From Phoronis australis (lineage: Eukaryota > Animalia > Phoronida): DNA of 64,000 bases. The translations under genes and the position numbers were made by a program. Each line of letters begins with the position of its first letter. Position 1 is the stretch's first letter. The stretch lies in NCBI GenBank assembly GCA_002633005.1, contig NMRA01000870.1, positions 48,915 to 112,914 of the forward strand, given 5' to 3'. A model generated the notes under the pieces. It did not search any database and was not told where the DNA came from. It saw nothing but the letters and a program-made list of their open reading frames with translations. Positions 38,661 to 53,225 of this stretch are shown here, one piece after another.

Positions 38661-39275
38661 GATAATATGATTGGTTTAAAGCGGTTATAAACCCGAGTTC
38701 TATTCAAGAAGAGATCTCTCGATTTAGATCAATTATCTCTATAAAATTTGCCTAGTTTCTAAATTTCTCTGGTGAAAAGTTATTCCTAGGTTTGCAAAGA
38801 ACTGTCTGTTAGTTATTCATTAAAGGGATTGATCAACTCAAAAGAACTTACAGAAATATGTGAGGCTACCCAGAATCCCGGTCTACACTTCTTAAGCATT
38901 ACAGGCAGGACTGAAGGTAAAGTGTGCAATTGGAAAAAATTATGGGAAAAATTAAAGTCGTCAGTATTGCTTAAAAACCTTAAGTCTATTTTTTACGCAA
39001 ACGTATGCTACAAGCATCACTAATAAACCAACTTGCAGCGTTTGACCAACAGATTATTAAAAGAAAACGTATGGGTCCGTTGTCTCCACTTCGCTACGTT
39101 GAGTTTTGACTTCTCTACGTCAAGTTCCATGTTCTGAGTTCTGTATCTCGCATGTCTGGAAGCTTTTGACCTGCGAGATGTTCATCTTCTTCTATCTAGA
39201 AAAATCAGCTTTACGCAAAGCTTTTCATTTGATCTCGTTGATGTCCCAAGGCTTTGTTTTCTGTTGAACTGGACA

Positions 39276-39694
39276 CCTGGGCCCGGTCTTTAATCTTTGT
39301 ACTCGAAACGAACTCGAAACTATTTTTGGCAATTTCTCTGCTTCTTTTGTGCGAACTTAAGATAATTGGTTATCAGACTGTGCTCGAATACATTATAGTT
39401 TATGCATAGGAGTTTCTAGTTCAAGTTTGCCCTTGAAGACCCTTATATTCGTGCTACAAACTCGAGTAAAAACTCGAAATTTCGAGTTCAAACTCGAACT
39501 TATTGCTTTAATATTGGGTTTACAAACTGTAAACTAAGGGCAATAAATTATCTACGTAAGTTATTGTGTACTCGAGCATAGAATAATAGACACTTATCTT
39601 GAGTTCGCCCAAAAGTAGCCTGAGCAGAAAATGCCAATTTGAAACCTAATTTCGAGTTCCATTTCGAGTAAAAAGATTGGAGACCGGGCCCAGG
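39276..39694. mobile_element. MITE with about 45-bp imperfect TIRs (PIF/Harbinger-like ends)
   Basis: CCTGGGCCCGGTCT..TACTCGAAA..AACTCGAAA versus TTTCGAGTT..TTTCGAGTA..AGACCGGGCCCAGG. A partial copy lies at about 1240-1485. Confidence 0.75.
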
Positions 39695-42674
39695 TTGCTC
39701 TGTGCGCCATTGTCGACAATGATTTCAGAACTAGGACTTGAAACAACGTCGCCTGTGGCAGATACTTGCTTCTTCTTTTTGTAGTATCTCCTGTTGTAAA
39801 TTCTAGCCTTGGAGTTATACATTTTCTTTTGGGCGTTTATCTTCATTAAACATGGGATTGTTTCTTAACGCTATGAAAGCAATTAATATCGCTTCGGAAA
39901 ACACTGCCTATTTTAAATCTGACAGCAAATTTACTTACCTCGTGAAAGTTGTAACTGATCACGCTTTGAATCACTCGGCTTTGTCTTCAGGCTGTCCATT
40001 TTTGCCCAATCAGACAATTTATGTTTGTTCGTCCAAAATGGAACAGGACAGTATGGAAATATGATGACACTCCTGTTGTACATCGCATAAGCTAAATAGA
40101 TAACGTATCTATAACGTAACGTATCACTGAAACCAAAAACAAAACTGACGACGCACGACACAATTCTCAGATGAAAGCAATGAAACGACCATTCCAATAT
40201 ACTCTTACAGCAATCCCAACAGCATTAAAAGCACTCACTTTCCCAGGCTGACGCCCAATTTCACTGAACGTAATAACGTATCTATGAAAACAATTGCGTA
40301 ACAATTTGAATTTCGTACTTCACAGACAGTGCAGCTCTTTCTGTTAATATCTATGAAATTAATGACTTTGTTTCCTGAATACGTAATGTTTTGACAATAA
40401 AAATGCGTGGCAATGTTATTTGAAAGTCTGAACATACGTCCTGGGATGAGTCATGTACAGTCATAACGTATCTATGACTGATTTATGTGACAACTGTATT
40501 TTTCTTCTCCAGAATTTAAAAAAGACATTGGTCGGACTTCAAACCAACATTTTTCTTCGATTAATATTTGTAACTAAAATGTGTAACCTTACTAATCTGG
40601 CAGCAAACGGTAAAACAAAAATATGCAAAACGTGCTCTGTGACAGCGAAAAAATGCCGAAAATGGGAGTTCAAGCCTCAGACAGTGCAAAAACAGTCCAA
40701 CTTAGAACAAAAAATATATTGTTCAAGGGTCCACCGATAGTAAAAGTTCAGTTTGACCAAAAATACGGGGGTGGTTTTGCGGGACAATTTTATTATATTT
40801 TCGACCTGTGACACCTTTTTTGTATTGCACACTTTAGTAGAGAATGAACCTGAAGCGATGATAAACCGAAAGGAAGCACTCTAAACTAGGCCAATATAAT
40901 CATCCCTTGGAAGAATTCATTGACAATAGTACAATACACTCCTCTTTTGGGAACAAGATTTAATGACATACGTGGACATAAATACATAGAAACACCCCAT
41001 AACATGAATGTAATTGCAATTGTACCCTGATCGTGGACAAACCTCAATACACGGTGTGACGGGACGTTAGCAACGGTACATTTATTGTTATGCTTATTTA
41101 GTTGTTGATCATTTGTTCTTACGCTAATATTTTTGTTGCGTCTCAGTGCGCCTTTTTTACGTGGACATGCAGGCGTGACAGTATGTGTCGGGCACTTCGC
41201 TAGCGACAGGCTTAGAAGAAGGGTGTTTCCTTCCTTTGCCTACATGAAATTGATCGTTATCATGTGTAACTGAACTGAAACGTATGCGTGACGAGGTGAA
41301 ATGCACATTTTTGATGTTCACTGGAGACTTTATCTGTTACAACAGGAACAGACTATCAGGAATTTAAAACTGAGGGGAGAGAACTACACAATTTGCCGAT
41401 AGCCTGTCGCAGAGAGTGTATGTTAAGACTTTACCAAATACATTTATCAGCGTCATTGGTGAATTTTTTCCACGTCTCTTGAAGAAGATTGAAGTTTGCC
41501 CCATTCAGGCCTGTGTTAACGATCATCCGGAAGCCAATATTTGAGTGCACAGCTCATTTTGAAGTCAAGTTTGTGGTGGAATTCATTTTGCGATCGGATT
41601 TGCCGATAGCCTAGGTGACGACCAGGAGTTCCCAGAGGTTGCTGTTCTAAATTTCATGCTGTTTTTCGAAAATTTTTCCTCGTCTCTTGTGTTCAGAAAA
41701 TGGATCCACGTACAGTGGTGTGAGATGAAATGTTACCAATCGTCTGTAGATGAAAGATTAACTCATAATTGGAAAGAAATTGTTATGTCCATTTTCTCAT
41801 CCGATATGATTTTAGAAAAAAAAATATTTGGAATTTATACAAAATTATAAAGTTTTGCCTCTAAATAGTTGTTTTTAAGAATCAAAAACTTGTTTCGTTT
41901 TTGTGTCCCACAAATTTTACGGTCAACACGTCTGTCATTTGTTTCGTAAATGATTTGCAATTGTAATTGTGGCTAGTTGATTCTGAAAAGCTCACTACTG
42001 TGTTAGATTTTGCTGCCTGATCAAATACTGAAATCAAGTTTTAGGAAACGTCAAATTTCCGGCAGGCTCTAACTACTCTGGGGCCGGCAAGTAGCAGTTG
42101 TTGGTGCTTTTTGCTTCCGCAGCTTTATCTCGTAAATTCCTTTCAGGACCTTTGAGAAATTTGACAACGTTTTCTTATTAACGTGCTGATGGATGACGAC
42201 GACTTTCGGACGGATTCGTCTACCGCGCCTTCGTGGCATTTTTTTACGTTTTCCTTTGTATGTTCTAAGTCCTTAGACAGATTTTCGTGAAAGTTTTCGA
42301 ATGCATTTTTATTAAGGATACGAGGACGATTTTGAGTCCACCTCTCTAGCCTACCGATAAGCTGCTCAAAGGATCATTATGAAAATTGGCATGTGTGTTC
42401 TTACTGAGAAGAGCACGGCCGGGTGGCGATATTCTTTAACGGACTGAGCACAGTCATGGCTCAATCTACTAAATGCCCAAGTGAGTCTCCATAAAATTTG
42501 ATGTGTGTTCCTACTGGGTACTCTACAACTGACGTAGATTATGGGACAAATCCAACTGTCGTGACCGTGTAGGCAATGTTGGTTCGCGTTACATTTGTCT
42601 CAATATCTGTCAAGCTCCTTGATGGAATACATCAGTTTTTGGCCATAATAGAATGAAATAACGGATAATCGCCG

Positions 42675-43070
42675 CACTAGTGAAAAGGTCGACGTTTCGT
42701 CTATTTATTATTCATCAGGATACAAACAACCAGACACCAAGTGTTTACACACGAGTCAGGCTACATCCATGAAGTGAAATAAGCTAGTACAATTGTGTAT
42801 AGGTCATCACCATAGCCGTAGTGTCACTGAGCTCTGTCTGTTATTCAAAGAACCAGCAGCATGGTCAGTGGTCGTGAATGGCCAGTGACTCTTAAATGTA
42901 CAGGTTCTTTACGGATTATATTGGCTGAATTAGCTTGGTGATTGTTACTAACACAATGTCTATAGACGTTGCTTCTGTCTGAGGTGTGATTCTCTTAATT
43001 TGTCACGGAGGCGTCTTTGTGTGAGTTCGATATATATGTACATTAGAATCCCTACCACAGTTGGTGATTT
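42675..43070 (-). mobile_element. Penelope-like element remnant (GIY-YIG C-terminus plus 3' hammerhead-like motif)
   Basis: Minus-strand broken translation YIELTQRRLRDKLRE..SNVYRHCVSNNH..NIIRKEP..SLNNRQSSVTLRLW*, followed by TCCTGATGA..GAAACGTCGA at 42720-42689. Confidence 0.7.
42689..42720 (-). ncRNA. Degenerate minimal hammerhead ribozyme motif
   Basis: Core boxes CUGAUGA and GAAAC-GUC are in the correct order and spacing. Stem II (AUAAUAAAUAGAC) pairs poorly. Confidence 0.45.
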
Positions 43071-44365
43071 TTAGACGGATCTGACTACTGTGGTGCTCCT
43101 TGGTGGCAATTTGCGTTTTCTTCGCCCCTGCCTCAATATCTGTCTAGTCCAGATAGTTCTTCATGAAATTCGGAACATGTATTCTATTTAGGAAAGCATG
43201 GCTGTTGGGTTGATATGACTACTCTGGCGTCCAAGTGGCAAGTTGTCACTGCGTCTAAAATTTAGTGGAAACCTTTGGAGTAGACCTGAAACTTGTCTTC
43301 ACTAGATCAAAACATTTTCTAATGGTAACAGGATATTATGATTATATAATATAATAAGCCCGGAACTTAGAGATAACGTTGCGCTAGACGTACGCAAAGA
43401 CGGCGTGGATATATATTTTTGATCACGAATATGAAATTTTCTGTATGTTAATGATACATTTGTAAACTAACGGCCTTCTTAAGACCTAAAGATCCTTCAA
43501 GTTATTTGACATTTTTGCATTTTTTCAGTTTTCTTCGGTGTATTTGGTTTTATTTTTGAATAAAATGGTAATGTAATCTTAAATTTTCTTTACTTTTCAC
43601 AAAGTGTTGTTTTTAACTCTTTTATTCAATTAATCTGTATTCACTGTTCAGATCCGACGTAGACTCAAAAATGTCATGCACGTAAAATACGTCCCTTAAT
43701 CAATTATTAAGGACGCAAGTGTGCATATTAAATCAATCATAACGACATAAATTTATCAATGCCATAAATTATTTATTTCTAAATATTTACGTGCATAAAT
43801 TGCTCACGAAAATAATTTACACCGTTAATAATTATCTTGCCCCCCCCCCCCNCCATAGGTAAGAGGATCCAAACCGTTTCCCGGATCGGCCGAATCCACT
43901 TGGCCTCAGAGAAAGGCAACATAATGGGCTCGTTTGAGCTTTTTCAATAGTGTCTTTCTGCAAGGAGGAAAAATGCGCAGTCTATCTTCTTGATGTTGGA
44001 CATCTGAGAAATTTTTATTGACGAGGAACCAATTGTCTAAAAGCTGACGAACAAAAACATAAAACCCATGCGCGCACCCAGCCTCTAGTTTTGGGGGGCT
44101 CGAATTTCTGACCAAGTGGACCTTTTGTTAACAGAAAAGCTGGAGGACTTTGAACTGTGCGTCTGCGCCTTTTTAGTGGACTTTTGTCTCGTTTTCACGG
44201 ACTGTTTGTTTCTCTGAGGCGGATCTTTTTGCCCACCTTTCGTTTGAGTGAATGATGTGGACATGGACCGGGTAGCCCTAAGGGCTCTGAGGTAGGGTTA
44301 CACAGGACTGTGATTAGTCTGCAATTTTATGCAAGTGTCTGAAACTACCTACACGCCATTTATGA

Positions 44366-45248
44366 TTTGAACCTTTTACTCCGACAAAACAGCCGGCGAC
44401 CGCATGCTTTTGCCGCTCGCCAGTGTCTGGACTCGGTCCGCTCAGGGTTATAGGCTGCAGCCCGAGTCCGACGAAACAATTTCTGTCAAAATTTATTCGC
44501 CACATTTCTTCAGCAATTTTGATACAGCTAAAAGTAATTTGATATTTTTACCAGATAGAAACGAGACCCGATGGAATCCGAATTCATTGTCCGATTTTTT
44601 ATACAGTGAAGATTGTTCCAAAATGCACTAATATTCAAGACTTGTCAAACGCAATAGCCAGTAAAATTTATAATGAAATTTCGTCATCCAAAGTGCCAAA
44701 TGGGGGCTCCCCCTATTGGCTAAATAATTAGGCACTCTCAATAAAATGAATCAGGCCAGTACTGACTTGCACTTGAAATTGAGGCATGTTTATTTCACGG
44801 CTCAACCCAATAGCAAGGTGGCACTGAACAGTTAGGCTGTTGCCGCGGCCAATTTTGGGGGGCATTTTGTAGGTGGGCATTGCATGTAGGCTCAGCGAAT
44901 GTGGTTTGTTTGTATTTGTGAACATGCTGAGAATAAAAAAGGCCACTTTCTCGGCTGTAGCTACCCGTGACTCTTCTTCAAGATGCGGCCACCGGTTGCT
45001 GTGAGATTGTCTACGATTTTAGGTAGCCCTCTAACAAGCCAGAATTGCCAAAAAACTAGTTTGTTGACAGTACTTTTGGACCACATTTTCGGAATATGTA
45101 GGAAATTTGCTTTAAGGATCTAATGTTGGTTTTAGTCGTGCATTGGCAGGGAAGTGGTGTTTTGGGGGTGAAAAGTACTGATTTTGCACTTTTTGCCCCT
45201 ATTTTTCTTAGTCTAGCTTTGTTTTCAGTGGGAGTGAAAGGGTCAAAC
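44366..45248. mobile_element. Degenerate piggyBac-like MITE
   Basis: Left end TTTGAACCTTTTACTCCGAC-AAAAC versus reverse complement of the right end TTTGACCCTTTCACTCCCACTGAAAAC. Confidence 0.35.
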
Positions 45249-45791
45249 ATACAAGAGAGAATAAAGCTTCTGCGCTCATCTGCAGGGCTTTTATGTGAAA
45301 TAACTGAAAACATGTCATTCTTTGAATCCTGTTTTCGACAGAGTGAAGAAAAGGTGACAAATCAAGTGATGTGTGTTGTGCTGGGCAAAACCCAGTGAGA
45401 ACTGGTCTGTGCCTCCCAATGATTTTATAGTTACCTAAGATGTCTGACTTATGACATAAATACGTCACAGCGTTACACGTAGCGCTACCTTCTGAGAGGA
45501 GCTCAAATACAGCATGATAACACGGATGACTGTAATGCCAGTGTGTCCTCTGGTGCTTACAAAATACTGTGTTTTGCTTGCCTAAAGATAGGGAGAGGTA
45601 AGTGTATATTCATTATATATTCCATACTACTACTGGCAAGTATGTGCTGATCAGTGAAAAGGATTCAGTACTGCATTAGAATAATAATAGTAGCAGGCCT
45701 ACCTATTAGGGATAGTATTTGACAATACTGAGGCCCACAGCATGGTCGTATGAGACTCATTCGGTAGTGGCTGCATATCTTCTGCCAGTAA

Positions 45792-46282
45792 TGTAACGAA
45801 ATTGAAATGGGGTTGTATCAGCTGTGTTTGGTTTAAGAAGACTAGTCTGTATGTAATCTGCAGTTCAGGTTATAGGGTCAGACCCAGTGTCGTGCCGGTC
45901 AGCTGGCCTCGTTTACTGTGTGAAAACTTGGGTGAGATACCACTTACATGGCCAGGTTTAGTGGCGATTGTTTGCAAGAGCTTGCAGCACAATGTAATGG
46001 TATTGTTTGTTGGCGTGAAAACTATTTCTCAGTGTATGGCTCAGTTTTAGATGTGCAGAATATGCATACGTACAATGTAGATCTGACCTAGTAGGGTAAT
46101 CCTTAGAAGAGTTACGTAACCTGCGAATATGTATTTGCCACTTCCAAGAGGAACAATTCACTTATAGTATCTTTGCCAATAAGCAGCATTCCCGCCACAC
46201 TGTAAGTATCTCTGTAGATTGTTTGATCATCGTACCGACACGACTGCGAGTTTATTTTCTCATATTTTATCGTGCCGTGACG
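45792..46282 (+). mobile_element. Possible solo LTR
   Basis: Begins TGTAACG and ends CCGTGAC(G), about 490 bp, with an internal AATAAG. No TSD recognisable. Confidence 0.25.
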
Positions 46283-48486
46283 TCATTCACTCGTCCACAG
46301 GCACATACTAGGTATCATGACATTGTTTCAAACGACTACCAGCTACTGCCTTCACCATAGACCCTATTCAAGCGGCGGCCATTAAGATCCAAAGCGAGGC
46401 TCACTGCGATAAAAAAGCGAAAGTAGAATTTGCGTGAGTTAAATAGCCGGTCTTTCGAGTCCAACCTGGATATTAAATTTTAATGATGTGTCGACAATTA
46501 ACCACAGAGACGTAGAAAATTACATTAGAGAACAAGTTAAGGCGCCAAAGAGTTGTCTGACGAAAGGGTTTATTTTTTTTTCGGAAAACTAGGTTCGAAA
46601 CATGAAAAGTAAATATGACCAAATTGCGGCGATCGTAGTGTTACAGATTAGGTATTATGCTGAATGCAGGGTTACGTTTTTTCTTGTAAATTGTTGATCA
46701 AAATACTTTCTACGCGGACCAGGTCATCTGCTCGTATTGTTGACGAGTTGAAGACATATTCGACAGTGGTGTCTGTCATGTGCAATTAGTCACATCTGGT
46801 TTAATTTGTTGATCAAGAATATTAACATCAAGCATAGCCTGATCCTATGCACTCACTGGGACTAACAGTTGATTTGTCATTGCTCTGAAAGAATAATTGA
46901 TGTTATTAAATATATTTTTATTAAAATAAAAAACCAGTCTCGTAATTGAAAATAAAAATTATTTGACCATCAATGCTTTCTTGGTTGTAATAATTCTTAC
47001 GTCTATTTCATGTGTTAGATTTCAAATATCAATCTGAACCAAGTTGAATTATAAAATTAAAACACCTAATTCGTTCGTCCAAAACATAACATCGTTTTAG
47101 AACTCAATTTCAGTTAACTGGACAATGCAATCATAGTTATCATGTTTCTGCAGAAGCCTCTTTCATCCGAGGGGAACGGTGCCAGTGCCTACTGAGAGGC
47201 GATTTTTTCGCCGAGTGAGGGCGGGAACAATCTACCTCCCGATCACCATCAATAGCACCCCCGCCCTGTTGCAAGCTCTCATAGGCTCTGCCTCAAATTA
47301 AAGTAGCCTTTTGTGCTCCTAAAAATTGTCACCTGTGTGGTTACAGGTGATGTGAACTCAGAGATTTTTCACTAGGGGAATTTTTATGCCTCGTAGGGGG
47401 AATTTCGTGTGATATTTCAAAATGTTTGAGAGCGGAATAGGGTCGATATTGGGCCCCAAATTTGAAGGATTGAGGGCCCAGTCCTTTTTGGAAAGAAAAA
47501 TTATAATGTTTCCACCCGTAGGAGGGGCGGATCCAGGTTTTTTAGTTAGGGGGGGCAGGGCACAGGAATAAGCAGCATTTCGGCAGATGCGCACGCCCAG
47601 CCTAGACTCTGGGGATGCAGAGCTCTTGAATTCTTGGATTTGCGGACCTGTTGACTAAAAAAAACGGTGAACGGGGTTGGTTCATTCAGCGCCAATGCGT
47701 TGTTTATTCACCCCCCAAGACCCGCCCTGGTTGCGCACCCGAACTCAAAAATGGAATCTGATACAATTGGGGACATGCCAATATTTTTATTCTGCCATCT
47801 GCTAAATTCCGCCCAATGAAAAAGTAGGTTACAACTGGTGGACTCTTTGAACGAAATATTTTCATTGATTAAAATAACTCAGGTTCATAGGTTCATGGCT
47901 CAAGTACACACGCATTATTCTTGTGCTAGGCAAGCATCTAGCAGCGGTAGGTCTAGGACTGTGTCGAAGTCAAATTAATGCATGGAATTGACCGTAATTA
48001 CAACATTGAGACATTTAAGTTAGGCCTACCTTCTGATGAACTTCGCATATTTTTTTTATTTCGTTGCATAAAAGTACCTTTCAGTTAATATTAAACGTGA
48101 AAAGATCACTAAGTTGTGGTATGCTTCCAAAGGATGATAAGTGTGACGTAGTGGCAAAGTATGGCTATTTACAAAAATAACTCGACATGTTACATATAGC
48201 TTCATCAATCTAAATGTTTGAACAACCTCAAAATGATCTCTCTAGAGGTGAAGAGTATACTAATTGTTATGCCTTGCAATTTCCTCATGGGTATTTCTTC
48301 ACACATATTCAAGTCAGATTCTCTGTTGATCAAATGTTCATGCAATGCATTGTAATATCGTAATATGAAATGAATGATAACCTTGGTGGCATGACCACGG
48401 TTTTTTGCACGACTTAAAACAAAAGACCGCAGAAATTTTCCTGACGAAATACCGGGTTTTCAGTTCTCTAAAAACATTCGAATGAC

Positions 48487-48697
48487 CATGCGCGCACCCG
48501 GGGGTGCTCAGAGGGCTGAAGTGGGCAAAAAGGTCCGCCTCTGAGAAATAAAAATCCACTAAACAAGCACAAACGCGCAATTCACAATGATGCCACGGTT
48601 TTTTTTTTTTAGTCCACCGGTTTTTCTTACCAAAAGGTCCGCGTCAGGAATTCGAGCTCCCCCCCTCCCGCCCTATTTAAGGCTAGGTGCGCGCATG
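48487..48697. mobile_element. hAT-like MITE, complete copy of the CATGCGCGCACC family
   Basis: TIRs CATGCGCGCACC and GGTGCGCGCATG, with 8-bp TSD CGAATGAC/TGAATGAC (one mismatch). Confidence 0.8.
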
Positions 48698-50479
48698 TGA
48701 ATGACAAGACTCCAACTCCACTGTCCGTGGCAATTCGTCGCATGTATATCGCCCATCAGTCCTATCATTGTTTTTCTTTGTTGTGTCATTGTTGGATATA
48801 ACAACACAAGTCGCATGGATATAGAACCTTGCGTAAATAAGACCCTTGCCGATAAAGGCTTGTCCTTATCTTTATTATAACAACGGGAAGAATGAAGATG
48901 CTAATCTATTGTTCTCTATGCGACCATGTTTCCCGTGGATGACCACAGACGGGAATCCCAAAGTGTCCACAAAGAATGACCACGCACCTCAGTAACTATT
49001 AACGCGCTCACGAATCCTTTCCATGGAACCTTAACACCAAATTTTTATATCCACGTATTGTGTTGTATTGCTCATGATACGGGTTCAGACTCCTTTGTAT
49101 TAAGACTTCAATCCCCAACCCTGTAATATGTAATTTAAGTAAAATTTCTAGACAATGCAGGTTTACGGATTTATTCTCCTTTAAATGAAGAGTAAAAATC
49201 AAATTCTGCACTGGCTATTTAAAAGTAATCACTTATTGGAAGATTACACCTCTAAAAAATAAAACAATTTTTGACAATTTTATTCCTTATCTTATTTGAA
49301 AGTTGCCTACCTCACCGACAAGTCATCTCAGTTGAAAATATTCCTTGTGCAGAAATGTAAAACACCAAGCAGAGACTTGTATACTACAAAATATGTTTTC
49401 ATAATACAATACAAAGATAACTGTACAATCAAAAGTGCAAATGTTATGACTATAATAAAAATTTTCCCCCTAGATCTTTTCAACACTCCAATTGCTACAG
49501 GACAGAGTCAACCGCACAAAACCCATAAAGTCAGGGAATTACATTTAAGGTGGTGTAGTCTCATTGCAAAAAAGTGTTTTCGAAATGTCGTCGGTTGACA
49601 ACACACGAAATTTCTTCTTCACTTCTTGAGGTAGCTGTATGTACCAAATCAATGTTCTTATCAAAAGTAACCACCTCATAATTAAAAATTGGCTTGTCGG
49701 TTCCAACTAGACCGCATTTTTACAATGAAATGGTCATGGAAAATTACATTTGCATTACAATTGCCGTACGATTACAGTTGTACATACATGTACATACTAG
49801 ACCAGTAACAAAATTACTCATGGGAACCATAAAATGATCAATTCGCCAAAAATCAAGGAGCCACCAGCGAGAGTTAATGTGCCAATACTTTTATGAACTG
49901 CAACAAAAAATGGTTTGAAGTGGACATCAATTCGTTTAAAATCACATAAAACAACTTTTGATTTAGACATTTTACCATTGAAATAGGTATTATTTCCAGG
50001 TCACTTTTGAGCAATTTCAGATTTTCGAAGGATCTGGCAATATGCAATTGCTAGAGACCAGTCTAATAGTCTGTGATTTTATACACACAGCATGGTCTCG
50101 AGGAATAGCAAACTGTCAATTTTTTGCAATTCCAGAAATCACTTCCCATCTGGATAAGGAACAAATTGAGCAAAGTTTACAGAGGTAAATGGTCTAAATC
50201 AAAACCTTTTACCTCTTGGACAGAATGTGGGTTTACAACCCAGGCAGAAAAATAAGTGAACGAAACCAGCCTAACTGCAACAGTAATAACTACCCATTTA
50301 CAAACAAAAATCTACAATGGTAAATAAAATGCGGAACCATAAATTCAGATCAATTACGCAATTTCAAGGAAAAGAAACAGTACAGTGGTCAGAAATCATC
50401 AAAATGTGATGGCCACACTGAGAAATCCTGTTAGACCAAAAAATCCAGTGGCTAAAAAAAAAAAGAACAATATACCATT

Positions 50480-52240
50480 ACCATGTAGTTGTACCAACTT
50501 AATCCATTGGCCCAGGATCATGATCGGTGCCTGGAAAAAAGTTCAATCCAGGTAATTTTAGATTTGTGCTGTTCACAAAGCAGTTCTGGTGCAAACAAAG
50601 CTTGCAACAAGACACAAGCCTACTTCCCTACAGAGCTGTGCTGACATAATAATGCCACCACTGGATTTAGCAGATCAGCCAGAGTATTTACAGGTCCAGC
50701 CACTGTACCTTTTCCTCCCTCTGAATTTTTACAATGCTACATCCTTGACAATCTTAGAGCACAGATTGTCTCTTTTCAATGCATACTCCACTTCTTCTGT
50801 CATATCTCCTCCATCCAACTGTCCCAGTTTCCCACATTTGCTGAGAGTGGCCTTTCTCAACAAATTGCTTTGGACCTGTTGTGGTATAAGCCAGTAATCT
50901 TTGGCAAATACTTTTTTCCCCGACTTGTACCTCAAGTTACAAAATCTCGTTGACACATCTTCTTGGAGTAGAATTTTCGGCCTCTCGCCAGCCATCTCAC
51001 TTACATGTAGTTGTCCAGAAGGGTACATTCTTGCTGGTTTTGAACTTTTTCATACCCAACCTTTACTAATAATCGGCAGGTCTCCAACTTCAGCAGAAGC
51101 CACTTCTTCAGCATCAGCCTTTCCTGATTCCTCAAATTGTTTTAATGAGAAAATTAAGCATATTAAATTTAATGTGGCCATTTCTGGTCAGAAAATATGA
51201 ATACCAAGCTAAACTGAAGGCTTCACAAATAAGTCATTCAGATTTGATTTTAAAAATTTAAAAAATCAATTTCTATGTACGTGACAGTAGGACAAAGGTA
51301 TATAACAGAAGTATGGCGCATTACATGTAGAAAATATTGAGAACGATTTTAATTATCCGCACTACCTATGCGTCAGCGTTCATTGTGAAATAAATGAGTT
51401 GTGCATTTTCTTTCTCTTCATAACATTGAAAATTGACTAATGATTTTTTTTTTTGAGAAATGCACATTTTGACGACTTTAGCACGTTTAATTAACTTCAT
51501 ATTCAATCGCAGAAATTCATTGGCAGACATAACATACTCCGTAGTCTCTAAGAGTAGGTCATGGGCAGAAGTCATGTAACACATTTGGTGGTTATTATGA
51601 AACGTTAATATGACTACATGTACCTATTTTCTATGCCAATATATACATGCACTGCATATACATCAACACATTTGAAATAGGATATGCATTAAGGCCTAAG
51701 TTATGAGCAATCACGGTGTGTCAATGAAAGTATTTTTGTATGAATGATGTGCTCCTAATGATATTCCTCAGGGTCAGACCCTGGAGTTTGGTGATTCCTA
51801 CCTGAGCTCGCATGAAGCAGGACGTTGAACCTTGACTTAACGTCTTTGGTCATTTTTCAGACCTCTATCAGATTTCTCCTCTAGTGTGCAGAGGATGAAC
51901 TCAGTGTCTTTGTCGCCAATATACACTGTATGTCGAGGGCTGTAACGATGATTCGGGCAAGTGAGTCTACTACGGTAGATTATGTACATGTAGCTCCTGC
52001 TGCACACCTGCCTCCGAGGTAGACACAGAGACAGACTACTTCTCAGGAGAACACGTTCCACCTCCACATCAGCTCCCCTCACTTTTAAGGTTCTCAAATG
52101 CCTCGCTCTATTCCTTGTGCATTTCCCAAGAGTTTCCAAAGTTGTTTCTCTCCGCAATTTGTAAAAATACCACATTCGATGCGACTGGCAGTGCCAGACA
52201 AATAGATAAATTCGCAAACCCGCTCTTGAGATCAGCCATG
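50480..52240 (-). pseudogene. Decayed Cys-containing coding remnant in two exon-like blocks, possibly the N-terminal region of a DNA transposase
   Basis: Blocks 52240-51800 (LGKCTRNRARHLRTLK..EVERVLLR..LTCPNHRY, donor-like site near 51801) and 51125-50480 (acceptor-like site near 51125). Coding-like composition but with stops and frameshifts. Confidence 0.3.
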
Positions 52241-53225
52241 ATTCAACTAACGCATTGTATGGTATTCAATGAGTTGGATGAACAAATCTAGTATAATTTC
52301 ATATTTTAGTGGGAAGTGCTCGTGTCCTTAAAATGAATTAAAAACATTTAAGCAAACCAATTCTTTTAATTGTTGTATTATACCACGGCATTTTAATGCG
52401 TAGAAACGGCGCACAACTAGTGACTGGTTCAACACTACAAATACACATACGCGGTCTGAAAATAGTGAAATTCAGACACCTATTACTAAGCCTGTCGGAA
52501 GAGCTGACAATTTTTTTTGTATTAATTTCAAGGGCATCGAGTCTTTTACATGTCCATGTTATTATTTTTTGTTTCCTCGTGGGGGCAGCTTCGCTATAAG
52601 AGTACAACTTACTGCTGGTTTTTCACAAGCATGAAGTGTACCTCCACGGAAACAGTTCCAGTGACACCATGGTAACCGATATTTCAGTGTAAGTGCCGTT
52701 TTTACTTACATTGGTCATGAACCTATCATGTGATATCGAAATTTTTCAGAAAAGATTCTATTTGAAGCAGAAACTGGAGTAGAAAATTTGGTCAAAATTA
52801 ACTCATTCCACGCCAAGAAATTGCCTCATTTTGCCCCCCAGAAGACTTCCCTTGTATCTCCTAAACCACCAAACTTTGTGGTGTCACACTTCACCCAATT
52901 TCTCTCATCCCTAATGTGATTTATTAGACTAAACATGGTTATGAATGGCTACATCACGCTAAGAAAAGTTCTAGAGTAAGTTTCAATTGTTTTTATGCAG
53001 ATTCACAGTGTTTTTAAAACGGATTATATGGCTTAAACCATTAAAAGTAAAGCTGGTGCCCATATGAAGTGGAAACAGTCACTAAGACACGACAAATAAA
53101 TAAATTATGGCCTTAAAATTTCTGCAAAAGACGAAGGACAGCATATCTCTGCAGCTTAACTTCTGTGACGTCGAAATGACATCAGTCGACAGTAAACCAA
53201 TTCATGAAGAGGTCCACCCAATAAC

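Noticed and set aside
38301-38707. Pro/His/Arg-rich ORFs
   Set aside because: Translations of trinucleotide repeats.
46356-46620. ISL2EU-like end plus KGFIFFSEN coding remnant
   Set aside because: Too short and decayed, and no partner end was found.
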